Below the pieces are notes generated by a model. The model was not told the DNA's origin, ran no database searches, and saw only the letters and a program-made list of their open reading frames with translations. Positions 8,543 through 17,428 of a DNA stretch of 58,919 bases are shown here, piece by piece. The DNA comes from Pseudolabrys sp. Lineage in GTDB: Bacteria > Pseudomonadota > Alphaproteobacteria > Rhizobiales > Xanthobacteraceae. A program made the translations under genes and the position numbers. The stretch is from NCBI GenBank assembly GCA_035692045.1, contig DASSIJ010000277.1, positions 1 to 58,919 of the forward strand, given 5' to 3'. Positions within the stretch are counted from its first letter, which is position 1. Each line of letters begins with the position of its first letter.

Positions 8543-9466
8543 ATGGCCCCGCGCGCCTATTGGAAGGGCTTTCTTCGCCTTTCCCTCGTGTCTTGCCCGA
8601 TCCAACTTTTCCCCGCCACAAGCGAGCGCGAGAAGGTCAGCTTCAACCAGATCAACAAAGAGACCGGCAACCGCATCCGCTACCGCAAGGTTGATGAGGA
8701 CACGGGCGAAGAGGTCGAGTCCGAAAACATCGTCAAGGGCTTCCAGGTTTCCAAAGGTCAATACGTTGAGGTTGATGACGAGGAACTCGAAACGATCGCG
8801 CTTGAGAGCACCAGAACAATCGAGATCGATGAATTTGTGCCCAAGTCCGAGATCGACGACCTCTATTACATCCGTCCGTACTATATCGCGCCCGATGGCA
8901 AAGTGGGGCAGGACGCTTTTGTCGTCATCCGCGATGTTATCGAAAAAATGAACATGGTTGCGATCGGCCGCGTCGTGCTGACAAGTCGCGAGCACATCAT
9001 AGCTATGCAGCCGCGCGGCAAGGGATTGATGGGAATGTTGTTGCGATACCCCTACGAGGTTCGTGACGAAAAAGAATATTTCGACGATATTTCGAACGCG
9101 AAGATCAGCAAGGATATGATGGATCTGGCAAAGCACATCGTGGAGACAAAATCCGGACACTTCGAACCGGACAAGTTTGAAGATCACTACGAAGCCGCGC
9201 TCAAGGCGCTTGTCGAAAAGAAATCCAAAGGCATCAAGATTGAGGCACCGAAGGAACGGGCGCCTGCAAAGGTCATCAATCTCATGGATGCCTTGCGCCG
9301 GAGTGTGAAAGAAGAACACCAGCCGGCGCGCAAGCAACAGGCGAAACGCTCAAAGAAGCGGATCGAAGGACAGAAGGAAATGCTCTTCTCCATTTCCGGC
9401 AAGAAGGCCGGCAAGGAAGAAGCCAGACGGGCGGCACCGGCGGCGAAGCGGCGCAAAGCAGGCTAG
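8543..9466 (+). CDS. ku: Non-homologous end-joining protein Ku
   Basis: RAYWKGFLRLSLVSCPIQLFPAT, IVKGFQ, YYIAPD, FEDHY, KVINLMDALRRSV; basic C-tail; AGGAG RBS. Confidence 0.95.
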   Translation: MAPRAYWKGFLRLSLVSCPIQLFPATSEREKVSFNQINKETGNRIRYRKVDEDTGEEVESENIVKGFQVSKGQYVEVDDEELETIALESTRTIEIDEFVPKSEIDDLYYIRPYYIAPDGKVGQDAFVVIRDVIEKMNMVAIGRVVLTSREHIIAMQPRGKGLMGMLLRYPYEVRDEKEYFDDISNAKISKDMMDLAKHIVETKSGHFEPDKFEDHYEAALKALVEKKSKGIKIEAPKERAPAKVINLMDALRRSVKEEHQPARKQQAKRSKKRIEGQKEMLFSISGKKAGKEEARRAAPAAKRRKAG

Positions 9467-9474
9467 CGCCGCAG

Positions 9475-10473
9475 TCAATTTCGCAGCGCTATCGGACCAC
9501 GCCCTCTCACCATTTCGACGTTGGTGCGCTCTGCCGGACGCGTTGCGGTAACGCTTGGCTCGGGCCGCGGTTGCGTGTGCAGCCGGTCCACAAGTTGTTG
9601 CAACGCCTGCGCCAGCCGTTCGGTCTGGTCTGCCGGCGTGGGTGGAATCGGCGGTGGGCGTTTGTCGGCCGCGAGATTCGGCTGGAGAGGCACATGAACG
9701 CGTGGGGTGGGCGTATTCGGGGTAACCACGCGCGCCCATCGCGGGGATTCGTAGTTGGCAGTTTCTTCGCGCTGACGGCGCCGTTCCGCGTAGTGAAGCG
9801 TCGGGCCGGCAACGGCGAGCACGGCGAACACGATCATGAGGAAAGCGAACGTGTGATCGATTTCGGTGTCTGTTGCCGATGCAGGCGGAGCCGAAGGTCG
9901 CGCGGCAGCTTGCCGTGGCGGCTCTGCGACGGAGCTGGCCGCTGGCGCGTCACTGACGTTTGACGACGCGGAATTGTCCCCCGTCGGCACCGTGTCGAGC
10001 GCGCTGGCGGTTTGCGTCCTTCCGACGAACTCAGGCTGTGGCACAAGCTGCGCGGAGGGCGGAAGGTCTGGCATTCTCGGCGCATCGAGGAACGGCAGAG
10101 GGGAGACCGCTGGCGCAGGATTCGGCTCCGGCGCGGCCTCTGCCCTTGCAGCAGCTGCAACGGACGATCCTGTGGTCTCCGGGCGACGGGGGCGCGCCGG
10201 CTCTGGCGGCTGTACTGCGGCTGCCGGCGCGACCTGTTTCTCGATTTGCGGCGCGCTCTTCTGCACGCGGAGTCCTTCCGGTCCGAGGCGCCAGCACTGA
10301 CGGTTATTTGCGTGATCGATCCGGTAGTACCAATGCTCGCCTTGCGGTGCCGGTGCGTTTGGTTTGGCGATGCAATCTTCAGCGTCCGCGCTGCGTGTCG
10401 ATTGCAGCACCAACCCTGCGGTCAAAACAAAAGCCAACATGACCGATGCCAGCATTGCGCTGCCTTCTCGCAT
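9475..10473 (-). CDS. Hypothetical bitopic membrane protein with periplasmic Cys-bridged domain and Pro/Ala-rich linker
   Basis: Signal peptide, C..PNAPAPQGEHWYYRIDHANNRQCW domain, Pro-rich linker, one TM helix (FAFLMIVFAVLAVAG); start uncertain. Confidence 0.7.
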   Translation of the reverse strand: MREGSAMLASVMLAFVLTAGLVLQSTRSADAEDCIAKPNAPAPQGEHWYYRIDHANNRQCWRLGPEGLRVQKSAPQIEKQVAPAAAVQPPEPARPRRPETTGSSVAAAARAEAAPEPNPAPAVSPLPFLDAPRMPDLPPSAQLVPQPEFVGRTQTASALDTVPTGDNSASSNVSDAPAASSVAEPPRQAAARPSAPPASATDTEIDHTFAFLMIVFAVLAVAGPTLHYAERRRQREETANYESPRWARVVTPNTPTPRVHVPLQPNLAADKRPPPIPPTPADQTERLAQALQQLVDRLHTQPRPEPSVTATRPAERTNVEMVRGRGPIALRN

Positions 10474-10659
10474 GCCAACCCTCCTGGCCCGATAGAAAGA
10501 AAAGAGATGCGACTCAATGCGTGAGTACAAGGTGTGTAATGCCAATTGGAAACTGTGATTGGGGCCTCAATGCGTTGCAAATTCGGCAAGTATCGGCATG
10601 CACAAGTCTAGTATTGGCGGTAAAACAGTGCCTGCGTGTCCTCCCACTTGCTCTCAACA

Positions 10660-10675
10660 GTGCCCGTAAGGGCAA
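10660..10675. promoter_or_regulatory. 16-bp palindromic motif copy 1
   Basis: GTGCCC-GTAA-GGGCAA, 70 bp upstream of 10745. Confidence 0.55.
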
Positions 10676-10744
10676 TAGGCTGGCTATTGTTTTACCGCTA
10701 TGTTGCCCATCGACTTGCCGCGGTGAAATTGGAGGCACGAGACA

Positions 10745-11098
10745 ATGTTTGCGGTTGCTTACAGACGCATCGCCTGGAGTGTCATTGCACCGTCGCTATT
10801 TTTGGTGGCAACGATTTTTACGGCCGCGCCTACTTATGCGCAGAGTTTTCCGTGGTGTGCGATCATGGACAATGATGGCAACACGCAATGCAACTACTCC
10901 ACCCTTCAGCAATGCCTTCAGACACTGAGCGGGATCGGGGGGCGATGCGTTCAAAATCCGGCTGGCAACGCACCGCCGTCAGCGCTTGTGCCGCCATATT
11001 CAGAAAATGCGCAGGGGTTGCTCCCCCTCCAATTGCAAAATCCGGGACCACCACCGGGGCTTGACGGAACTGGAATGCCGCCGCCGCCCAACAACTGA
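10745..11098 (+). CDS. DUF3551-like secreted Cys-rich protein
   Basis: Signal peptide; PWCA...QCNYSTLQQCLQTLSGIGGRCVQNP pattern; GGAGG RBS. Confidence 0.8.
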   Translation: MFAVAYRRIAWSVIAPSLFLVATIFTAAPTYAQSFPWCAIMDNDGNTQCNYSTLQQCLQTLSGIGGRCVQNPAGNAPPSALVPPYSENAQGLLPLQLQNPGPPPGLDGTGMPPPPNN

Positions 11099-11133
11099 AC
11101 CACATTTTTGAAGTTGTTATGTGAGGAGTGATC

Positions 11134-11565
11134 ATGCCGCCACGCCGCGTCATCGTCGGGTCCACGCTGCTTATGTGCGGCCTTTCATTCGCACTCGCGC
11201 AACAGCAGACCCTTGTTATTCCGGACAATCTGTTCACGCAGGCCGGCTTTGCGGTGAAATATGCGACGACGCCGGAGAAAAGCCGGATCCTGAGATCGCT
11301 TCCGCCGGACAAGCTTGTGAAGCGGACAAAGGACGGCAGGACATATTACGTCTACGCGGATGCTGAACGTTGCAATTGTGCCTATGTGGGAACGCCTGAG
11401 GCCTATGCGACCTACCAGAACTGGTCGAACATCGGCCCCGGTGGCGGTGGCAGTGGTCCGCTGTCAAACTCCATGCAGATGATCGATTCCGACAATATCG
11501 GAACTCCCTATATTCCTGCCGACCTCGGCAACAGCATGGACAGCATCCTCCATCCGAGCTTCTGA
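11134..11565 (+). CDS. Secreted hypothetical protein
   Basis: GAGGAG RBS; signal peptide; AGF...LPPDKLV..YYVYADAERCNCAYVG..AYATY pattern. Confidence 0.7.
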   Translation: MPPRRVIVGSTLLMCGLSFALAQQQTLVIPDNLFTQAGFAVKYATTPEKSRILRSLPPDKLVKRTKDGRTYYVYADAERCNCAYVGTPEAYATYQNWSNIGPGGGGSGPLSNSMQMIDSDNIGTPYIPADLGNSMDSILHPSF

Positions 11566-11595
11566 GAACCGAATAGATTTTTCGGCCATAACTTG

Positions 11596-12417
11596 ATGGG
11601 ATATCGCCGTTCAAAACTGAAAGTCGTATTGAGCGTTATCGCGGGGGTTCTCGCCGCGTACGGACTCATGGCCTACATTGTGCTCCCGATGAGCTGGACT
11701 CACTACGAGCACCAGAAGGGGCTTGCAGGGCACCCGATGGTGACGCGCACGACGCAGGATATTCCGGGTGGTCCGATCAACGTGGGCCTGGTTGGACAAA
11801 AGGAGGATGTCTTGTGCGCCATGCACGCGGCCGCGTGGTATCCGGCGGATCCGATTACATTCCGGTCGAGCGTGGAGATCGTCGGCAGCGTTGTCTTGAA
11901 CAGGCCCTACCGTGATGCGCCTGTGAGCCCTTTGTTTTACGACGGGCGACGCGAAGATCTTGCATTCGAAAAGCCCGTTGGCGAAAGCGCAGACCGGCGC
12001 AATCATGTGCGCTTCTGGCAAGTTCTTAAGGAAGGGCAGGAGGGCCGGCCAGTCTGGCTCGGCTCTGCAACATTCGACCGCGGTGTAGGCTTGAGCCGCT
12101 ATACGGGACAGGTGACCCATGACATCGCGCCCGACATCGACGCCGAGCGAAACGAGTTCACTGACGATCTGAAAATCGCGAAGGTTGTCGAAGCGATCTA
12201 CGAGGTCACCGGCGTCGGCCCGACACTGGTTGGCCGGAACGGGGAGGGCGACCGCTATTACACCGATGGAGAAATCAAGATCTCGCGTCTTGTTGCGGGC
12301 TGCAATGCGAAGGCTGTGACGGTCATGGAGCTCGACAACCCGCCGATCGTGAATTTGAAAAATGAAGCCTGGAGGGCGGTCACCGGGATTCTGCAATCCG
12401 GCGCGGCCTCCAAGTAA
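11596..12417 (+). CDS. LssY C-terminal domain protein
   Basis: GPINVGLVG, APVSPLFYDGRREDLAFEK, RNHVRFW, WLGSATFDRGVG, THDIAPDIDAER, YYTDG motifs. Confidence 0.85.
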   Translation: MGYRRSKLKVVLSVIAGVLAAYGLMAYIVLPMSWTHYEHQKGLAGHPMVTRTTQDIPGGPINVGLVGQKEDVLCAMHAAAWYPADPITFRSSVEIVGSVVLNRPYRDAPVSPLFYDGRREDLAFEKPVGESADRRNHVRFWQVLKEGQEGRPVWLGSATFDRGVGLSRYTGQVTHDIAPDIDAERNEFTDDLKIAKVVEAIYEVTGVGPTLVGRNGEGDRYYTDGEIKISRLVAGCNAKAVTVMELDNPPIVNLKNEAWRAVTGILQSGAASK

Positions 12418-12456
12418 TGGCGGAGTGTCCGCAACCGGGCGTTCGTGAGCGAGCGC

Positions 12457-12918
12457 CTACATTTCGTTGCCGACGTGCCAGCTTCTCTGGAGACCGCGCG
12501 ATTGGGATGTCTGGCTGCCGGGTTGCGGCGCGGCTTGCCATACGCCCTGGCAGACGCCTGCGTTAATGCAAATGTCGCCGACGCTTCCGCTTCCGCCTCC
12601 GCCGCCAGCCTGCCATTGCCCCTGAAAATTATTGTTTCGCTGGGTGACCTTGTGCCACACGCCTTGCTTGTTGATAGATTTGCCGTGGTCGCCCATCGCC
12701 TGGTGTTGCATGTTGTGCTTGCCATGCGGCTGTCCCTTGGACGCGAAGCGAGGCATGTGACGCATGCCGTGCGAGCGGGGTCCGTGCGAACCTGACGTCA
12801 TGCCGCCGTGACCGCCTCGGCCTCCGCCGCCACGAGCCAAGGCTTCACTCTCCGCATATACGACGCTCAGAAGCGCCGCGGTTGCAGCTGCGAGAACAAG
12901 AACGACTTTCACACGCAT
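12457..12918 (-). CDS. Secreted Gly/His/Gln-rich hypothetical protein
   Basis: Signal peptide followed by ARGGGGRGGHGG low-complexity region and a CINAGVC Cys pair. Confidence 0.55.
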   Translation of the reverse strand: MRVKVVLVLAAATAALLSVVYAESEALARGGGGRGGHGGMTSGSHGPRSHGMRHMPRFASKGQPHGKHNMQHQAMGDHGKSINKQGVWHKVTQRNNNFQGQWQAGGGGGSGSVGDICINAGVCQGVWQAAPQPGSQTSQSRGLQRSWHVGNEM

Positions 12919-13032
12919 AGGGATTGCCCCAGCAATGGCACGATCAGCTCGTGCGCCTGACAATCTTACAAATTGACTGCCAGTGGCAAATCACAAAGCC
13001 GCGGTTAGTTAAGTTAACGCTATGCGCCAGCG

Positions 13033-13377
13033 TCAGCGCTGCTCGGGCACCTGGACTATGCGGGCGATCGAGCCCGATCCGCCAAGCGGAAATATTTGTC
13101 CGAGGTAGTTGATCGTCTGAAACGTTTCATACCATGACCACAGCTGGCCGGTTCGCTTGTCCAGAATGATCACCTGGTTCGATGGTTTGAACCAATTGTG
13201 ATCCTCCCAGCCGCGCTGACGAAGGGGCCGGCGGATGCTCGCGCCAAAGGAAATGTTTTGGTCCAGCTGAGTGGTGACCATTTCGTAGCGGCTGTCGTGT
13301 AGCGGGACTTGTGCCGAAGCTTGCGTGCTTACACCCGCCAACGCTGCGACGAGCGTCATCCAAAAGATGCGTCCCAT
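13033..13377 (-). CDS. Secreted hypothetical protein
   Basis: GGGAG RBS; signal peptide MGRIFWMTLVAALAGVSTQASA; IILDKRTGQLWSW beta-strand motif. Confidence 0.65.
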   Translation of the reverse strand: MGRIFWMTLVAALAGVSTQASAQVPLHDSRYEMVTTQLDQNISFGASIRRPLRQRGWEDHNWFKPSNQVIILDKRTGQLWSWYETFQTINYLGQIFPLGGSGSIARIVQVPEQR

Positions 13378-13568
13378 AATTCGTCTCCCGCTATCCACCG
13401 ACAAAATGTTAACCGCGTGACGCCACACCACAATGATACTCACGCGTTAACCTCAAGGATCAAGCTTAATTTCACAGGCCGCCGTCGAGGGCGGCCGGCG
13501 AACCCTCGCGCATCCACGCCGGCCTGTGCGACATTGTGCGGCCGCATGACGTCGGCAAGCGTGGGCAC

Positions 13569-13982
13569 ATGAACTGGCATCGTGGCCTTCTCAGGTTATG
13601 GGTCGTCTTTTCGTTTATATGGCTGCTGGCATGCGGCGCCTGGGGTCTATCCCAATGGCACGCCTGGACAGGCTCCAAATTTCCGGTCACCGACCCGAGT
13701 GGATTGAAATTTATTGTCACCGCTCCCGTTGGAACGCCAAAGACCGAAATTCTACCGTTTCTGCGCCGCTCGGATGTCGTGAAAAGGTGGCAGGCTGATT
13801 GCAACAGGGAGCGCAGCGCTTCTTGCAGGCGGGAGATTCCTGTTCACATGCCTGGGGTCATGGAAGACTTCGTGAGGTTTCTCGTTTTTGCAATTTCGAT
13901 ACCGTTCGTGGTTCTCGTCCTTGGACTTGTCGGCTCCTGGGTAATTCTTGGTTTCCGGAGACCGGCCGGCCCGACGCCGTGA
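13569..13982 (+). CDS. Hypothetical two-TM membrane protein
   Basis: MNWHRGLLRLWVVFS N-terminus and ...LGLVGSWVILGFR C-terminus. Confidence 0.65.
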   Translation: MNWHRGLLRLWVVFSFIWLLACGAWGLSQWHAWTGSKFPVTDPSGLKFIVTAPVGTPKTEILPFLRRSDVVKRWQADCNRERSASCRREIPVHMPGVMEDFVRFLVFAISIPFVVLVLGLVGSWVILGFRRPAGPTP

Positions 13983-14079
13983 ATCCGGCTTTCGCGCCGC
14001 TTTTGCACCGGCGCAGTCCCGTCCCGAACAAATCAATCCCTGATTTCCAGCGGTTTTTTTTGCACGGACTACGCGCGTG

Positions 14080-14095
14080 TTTCCCTTTGGGCCAA
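14080..14095. promoter_or_regulatory. 16-bp palindromic motif copy 2
   Basis: TTTCCC-TTTG-GGCCAA upstream of sensor kinase. Confidence 0.55.
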
Positions 14096-14225
14096 TTGTC
14101 GTCGTCCGGACTGGATGCGGTACTGATGTGGGGTGGCAGCCACAGACGTCAGCCCGTCAGTGGATTCTCGAACTGGTTCTTCAACGCGGATGCATCACGA
14201 AATGTTCGTCCGCGCCATTTTAGAG

Positions 14226-16079
14226 ATGAGGTGGACGCGCGCCGCTTTGGCGTGCGTGGCCGCCCTGATACTGGTAACGACCGGCGCCTCAGCCGCCGAG
14301 CCGCGGCGGGTTCTTCTGATCCACGCATTCGGCCATGCCTATTCGCCATGGAGCGATATGGCGGGCAGCTTCCGCGCGGATCTCGTAAAGAAGTCGGGCG
14401 AGCCGATCGATCTCTACGAGGTCTCGCTGGACACGGCACGAATCCAGAATCCGCGCGAGGAAGCGCCGTTTGTCGAATACATTCGTACGCTTTTCCTGGG
14501 GCGCAAACTCGATCTGATTGTGCCGGTTGGCGCGCCCGCGGCGTTCTTCGTGCAGCGCCATCGATCGGAGCTGTTTCCTGCGACGCCCATGATGGTCGTC
14601 GGTGCCGATCAGCGGCGAATCCCCAAGGCCAGCCTTTCGGAAAATGACACAGCCGTTCTGCTGGATCTCGACCTTCCGGCCTATCTCAGAAACATTCTGC
14701 GCGTCCTTCCTCAAACAACCGAGGTTGCAATCGTCGTCGGGAATTCTCCTGTTGAGCGATACTGGACTTCACAGTTCGTGCGGGAAGTCGTGCCGACTGC
14801 TGATCCGGTGAAGATCTCTTTTCTCAACGATTTAACGTTTGACGAGATGCTGAAGCGTGCCGCGGCCATGCCGCCGCACTCCGCCATCCTATGGTTTCTG
14901 CTGTCCGAAGACGCAGCGGGCGTTCCTTATTCAGAGGATCGCGCACTTGACACCATGAGCAAAGCTGCATCTGTGCCTGTTTTCGGCATGGGCGACTACC
15001 AGCTCGGGCGGGGCATTATCGGCGGCCCCTTGATGCAGACTCAGGCGCTTGGCCAGCAGGCAGCGGATGTGGCGCTGCGCATTCTGAAAGGTGAAAAGCC
15101 GTCCGCGCTGAATCCGCCCTATGTGGTCTTCGGAGCCCCGATATATGACTGGCGCGAACTGCGGCGATGGGGCATCAGCGAAACCCGGTTATCGTCCGAC
15201 AGCATCGTGCAATTTCGCGAACCTGGCGTGTGGCGGCAATATCGCTGGCAGATCATTGCTATTGCCGGGATTTTGCTCGCGCAGGCGGCGGTGATCACCG
15301 GGCTGTTTTTAGAGCGTCGTCGCCGGCAGGTTGCGGAATTGGAGCTACGTCATCGCCTGATGGAAGTCATTCATTTGAACCGTACGGCTGTTGCCGGTGC
15401 ACTGTCGGCATCGGTCGCTCATGAGCTCAATCAGCCTTTGGGGGCTATCCAGAGCTACGCTGAGGCTGCGCTGCTTTATCTCAATGCCGATCCGCCGAAC
15501 GTCACGCGTGCGCAACAAATACTGGCCAACATCCTTCGGGATGATCAGCGTGCATCAAAGATCATCACCCACCTTCGTGGCCTGCTGAAGAAAAGAGTTG
15601 AGAGTGAAATGCAGGAATTCGACTTCAATGATGTCATCAGCGACACGGTGCAGATCGTTGGTCCTGAGGCACTCAAGAAAGGAGTTGATCTGAGTGTCCA
15701 CAACGCGAACGGCGCTTTGCCGGTTCGCGGCGACCGTATTCAGCTGCAGCAGGTGATCATGAATCTGGCCATGAACGGGATCGATGCCATGCAGGGTTGC
15801 GGTCCGGGTCAGGGGAAGATGTCGATCAAGACTTCATTGACCGAGGACTCTGCAGTCGAAGTTTCGGTCGCCGACTCCGGAAGCGGTATCCCTCCTGACA
15901 GATTGAACAAGATCTTCGATCCGTTCTACACGACCAAGGGCCATGGCACAGGACTCGGTTTGTCCATTGCACGGACTATCGTCGAGACTAACGGCGGCAG
16001 GATATGGGCCGAAAATCGGCCCGGCGGCGGGGCCATGTTTTGCTTCACGTTGCCGGTGTCGAAAGCGATCACGGCATGA
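14226..16079 (+). CDS. Sensor histidine kinase with periplasmic ABC-SBP-like sensor domain (NtrB/FixL-type kinase core)
   Basis: H-box VAHELNQPL, N-box QQVIMNLAMNGIDAM, DSGSGI, FDPFYTTK, GTGLGLSI; signal/TM segments; start uncertain (14190-14226). Confidence 0.92.
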   Translation: MRWTRAALACVAALILVTTGASAAEPRRVLLIHAFGHAYSPWSDMAGSFRADLVKKSGEPIDLYEVSLDTARIQNPREEAPFVEYIRTLFLGRKLDLIVPVGAPAAFFVQRHRSELFPATPMMVVGADQRRIPKASLSENDTAVLLDLDLPAYLRNILRVLPQTTEVAIVVGNSPVERYWTSQFVREVVPTADPVKISFLNDLTFDEMLKRAAAMPPHSAILWFLLSEDAAGVPYSEDRALDTMSKAASVPVFGMGDYQLGRGIIGGPLMQTQALGQQAADVALRILKGEKPSALNPPYVVFGAPIYDWRELRRWGISETRLSSDSIVQFREPGVWRQYRWQIIAIAGILLAQAAVITGLFLERRRRQVAELELRHRLMEVIHLNRTAVAGALSASVAHELNQPLGAIQSYAEAALLYLNADPPNVTRAQQILANILRDDQRASKIITHLRGLLKKRVESEMQEFDFNDVISDTVQIVGPEALKKGVDLSVHNANGALPVRGDRIQLQQVIMNLAMNGIDAMQGCGPGQGKMSIKTSLTEDSAVEVSVADSGSGIPPDRLNKIFDPFYTTKGHGTGLGLSIARTIVETNGGRIWAENRPGGGAMFCFTLPVSKAITA

Positions 16080-16732
16080 CAAAAGTGACGCCGATTGTTC
16101 ACATCGTCGATGACGATGAATCGTTTCGTTCGGCGCTGGGTGAGTTGCTGAGCGCCTGCGGCTATCGCATTTCGTTGTACGAAACGGCAAAAAAATTGCT
16201 TGAAACCCCATTGACCGGTAGCCCTGCCTGCATCCTGCTGGACGTGCAGATGGCCGGCCTGAACGGGCTGCAGTTGCAGGATCAGCTCTCCGCTCTTGGT
16301 TGTCGGTTGCCCATCATCTTTATAAGCGCCTACGGAGACATACCGACGACGGTACAAACTATAAAAGCAGGCGCAGAGGATTTCCTTACAAAGCCGGTGA
16401 CAAGGGAAAGGCTTGTGGAGGTGCTGGAACGCGCCCTCGCTCGCCACGAAGCGATACAGGCGCACGATGACGAGATCGCCACCCTTCAATCGCTCTTTGG
16501 CCAGTTGACCCCGCGCGAACGGGAGGTTTTTGCTCTGTTGGTGCGAGGAAAACCTCACAAGCAGATTGCATTTGAGCTGGGCATATCGGACCGAACGGTC
16601 AAACTCCACCGGCACCAACTGGTGCAAAAGCTCAAGGTTCGTTCGCTTGCAGAGCTTGCGGTGATTGCCGAACGCCTTGGATTGCTGCCCGAGCGCAAGA
16701 GCGACTGGCGCGAGACACAGGCAAGTCGTTAG
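16076..16732 (+). CDS. FixJ/NodW-family response regulator (REC + LuxR HTH)
   Basis: IVDDDESFR, CILLDVQM, DFLTKP, LTPREREV..KQIAFELGISDRTVKLHR; ATGA overlap with kinase stop. Confidence 0.93.
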   Translation: MTKVTPIVHIVDDDESFRSALGELLSACGYRISLYETAKKLLETPLTGSPACILLDVQMAGLNGLQLQDQLSALGCRLPIIFISAYGDIPTTVQTIKAGAEDFLTKPVTRERLVEVLERALARHEAIQAHDDEIATLQSLFGQLTPREREVFALLVRGKPHKQIAFELGISDRTVKLHRHQLVQKLKVRSLAELAVIAERLGLLPERKSDWRETQASR

Positions 16733-16776
16733 AGACGCGGCCAATTTCCAATCCGGGTGGATACTTTCGGTGACCC

Positions 16777-16792
16777 CTTCCCATAGGGGCAG
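16777..16792. promoter_or_regulatory. 16-bp palindromic motif copy 3
   Basis: CTTCCC-ATAG-GGGCAG upstream of single-domain response regulator. Confidence 0.6.
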
Positions 16793-16876
16793 GTCTCAGG
16801 CGGCACCATTTCTGTCACATTCCGGTGACTGGGGTCCAACCACTATCTTGCTTGGCGCTGAGGCGTAGGGATTTTT

Positions 16877-17248
16877 ATGCAGAAGCGACGAACAATTGTG
16901 GCCGTCGTGGATGACGATCCGAGCATGCTGAAGGCCGCCGAAGACCTTTTGGATGCGCATGGGTGCACAGCCTCACTTTTCACTTCCGCGGAAGAGTTCC
17001 TCGCGAGCGAGCTCGTGACTCGAGCCGATTGCCTTCTCCTGGATATTCACCTTGGTGGATTGTCCGGAATTGAATTGCGGCGCCAATTGAAGTCGTCGCG
17101 ACCTGCGCTTCCGGTCATATTTATGACCGCGCTGGATGACGAGGCGATGCGTCGGGAAGCACTTCAGGTCGGCTGCGTTGCCTGCCTGCGCAAGCCGTTT
17201 CCGGCACGCCAGTTATTCGACGCCATCGAGAAAGCCGTACACACGTGA
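16877..17248 (+). CDS. Single-domain response regulator
   Basis: VVDDDPSM, LLLDIHL, IFMTA, LRKPF. Confidence 0.92.
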   Translation: MQKRRTIVAVVDDDPSMLKAAEDLLDAHGCTASLFTSAEEFLASELVTRADCLLLDIHLGGLSGIELRRQLKSSRPALPVIFMTALDDEAMRREALQVGCVACLRKPFPARQLFDAIEKAVHT

Positions 17249-17301
17249 CGTTTGGTGCGCGCAGTCCCGTGATACCACTCGACGATCGTAGCGGCGCTGA
17301 C

Positions 17302-17317
17302 CTTCCCCTAAGTGCAG
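17302..17317. promoter_or_regulatory. 16-bp palindromic motif copy 4
   Basis: CTTCCC-CTAA-GTGCAG upstream of sulfatase. Confidence 0.6.
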
Positions 17318-17428
17318 TTTAACCCGCATCAGCCCGGTGTGAGGATAACGCCGGAGGTGAATCAACTTCACCTCGTCGCGCTATGCGAAGACGTTTGTTG
17401 ACCAGGTTTGCAATGGGAGAAACCGGCC

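Noticed and set aside
13004-13018. GTTAGTTAAGTTAAC as a CtrA box
   Set aside because: Half-site spacing does not fit TTAA-N7-TTAA
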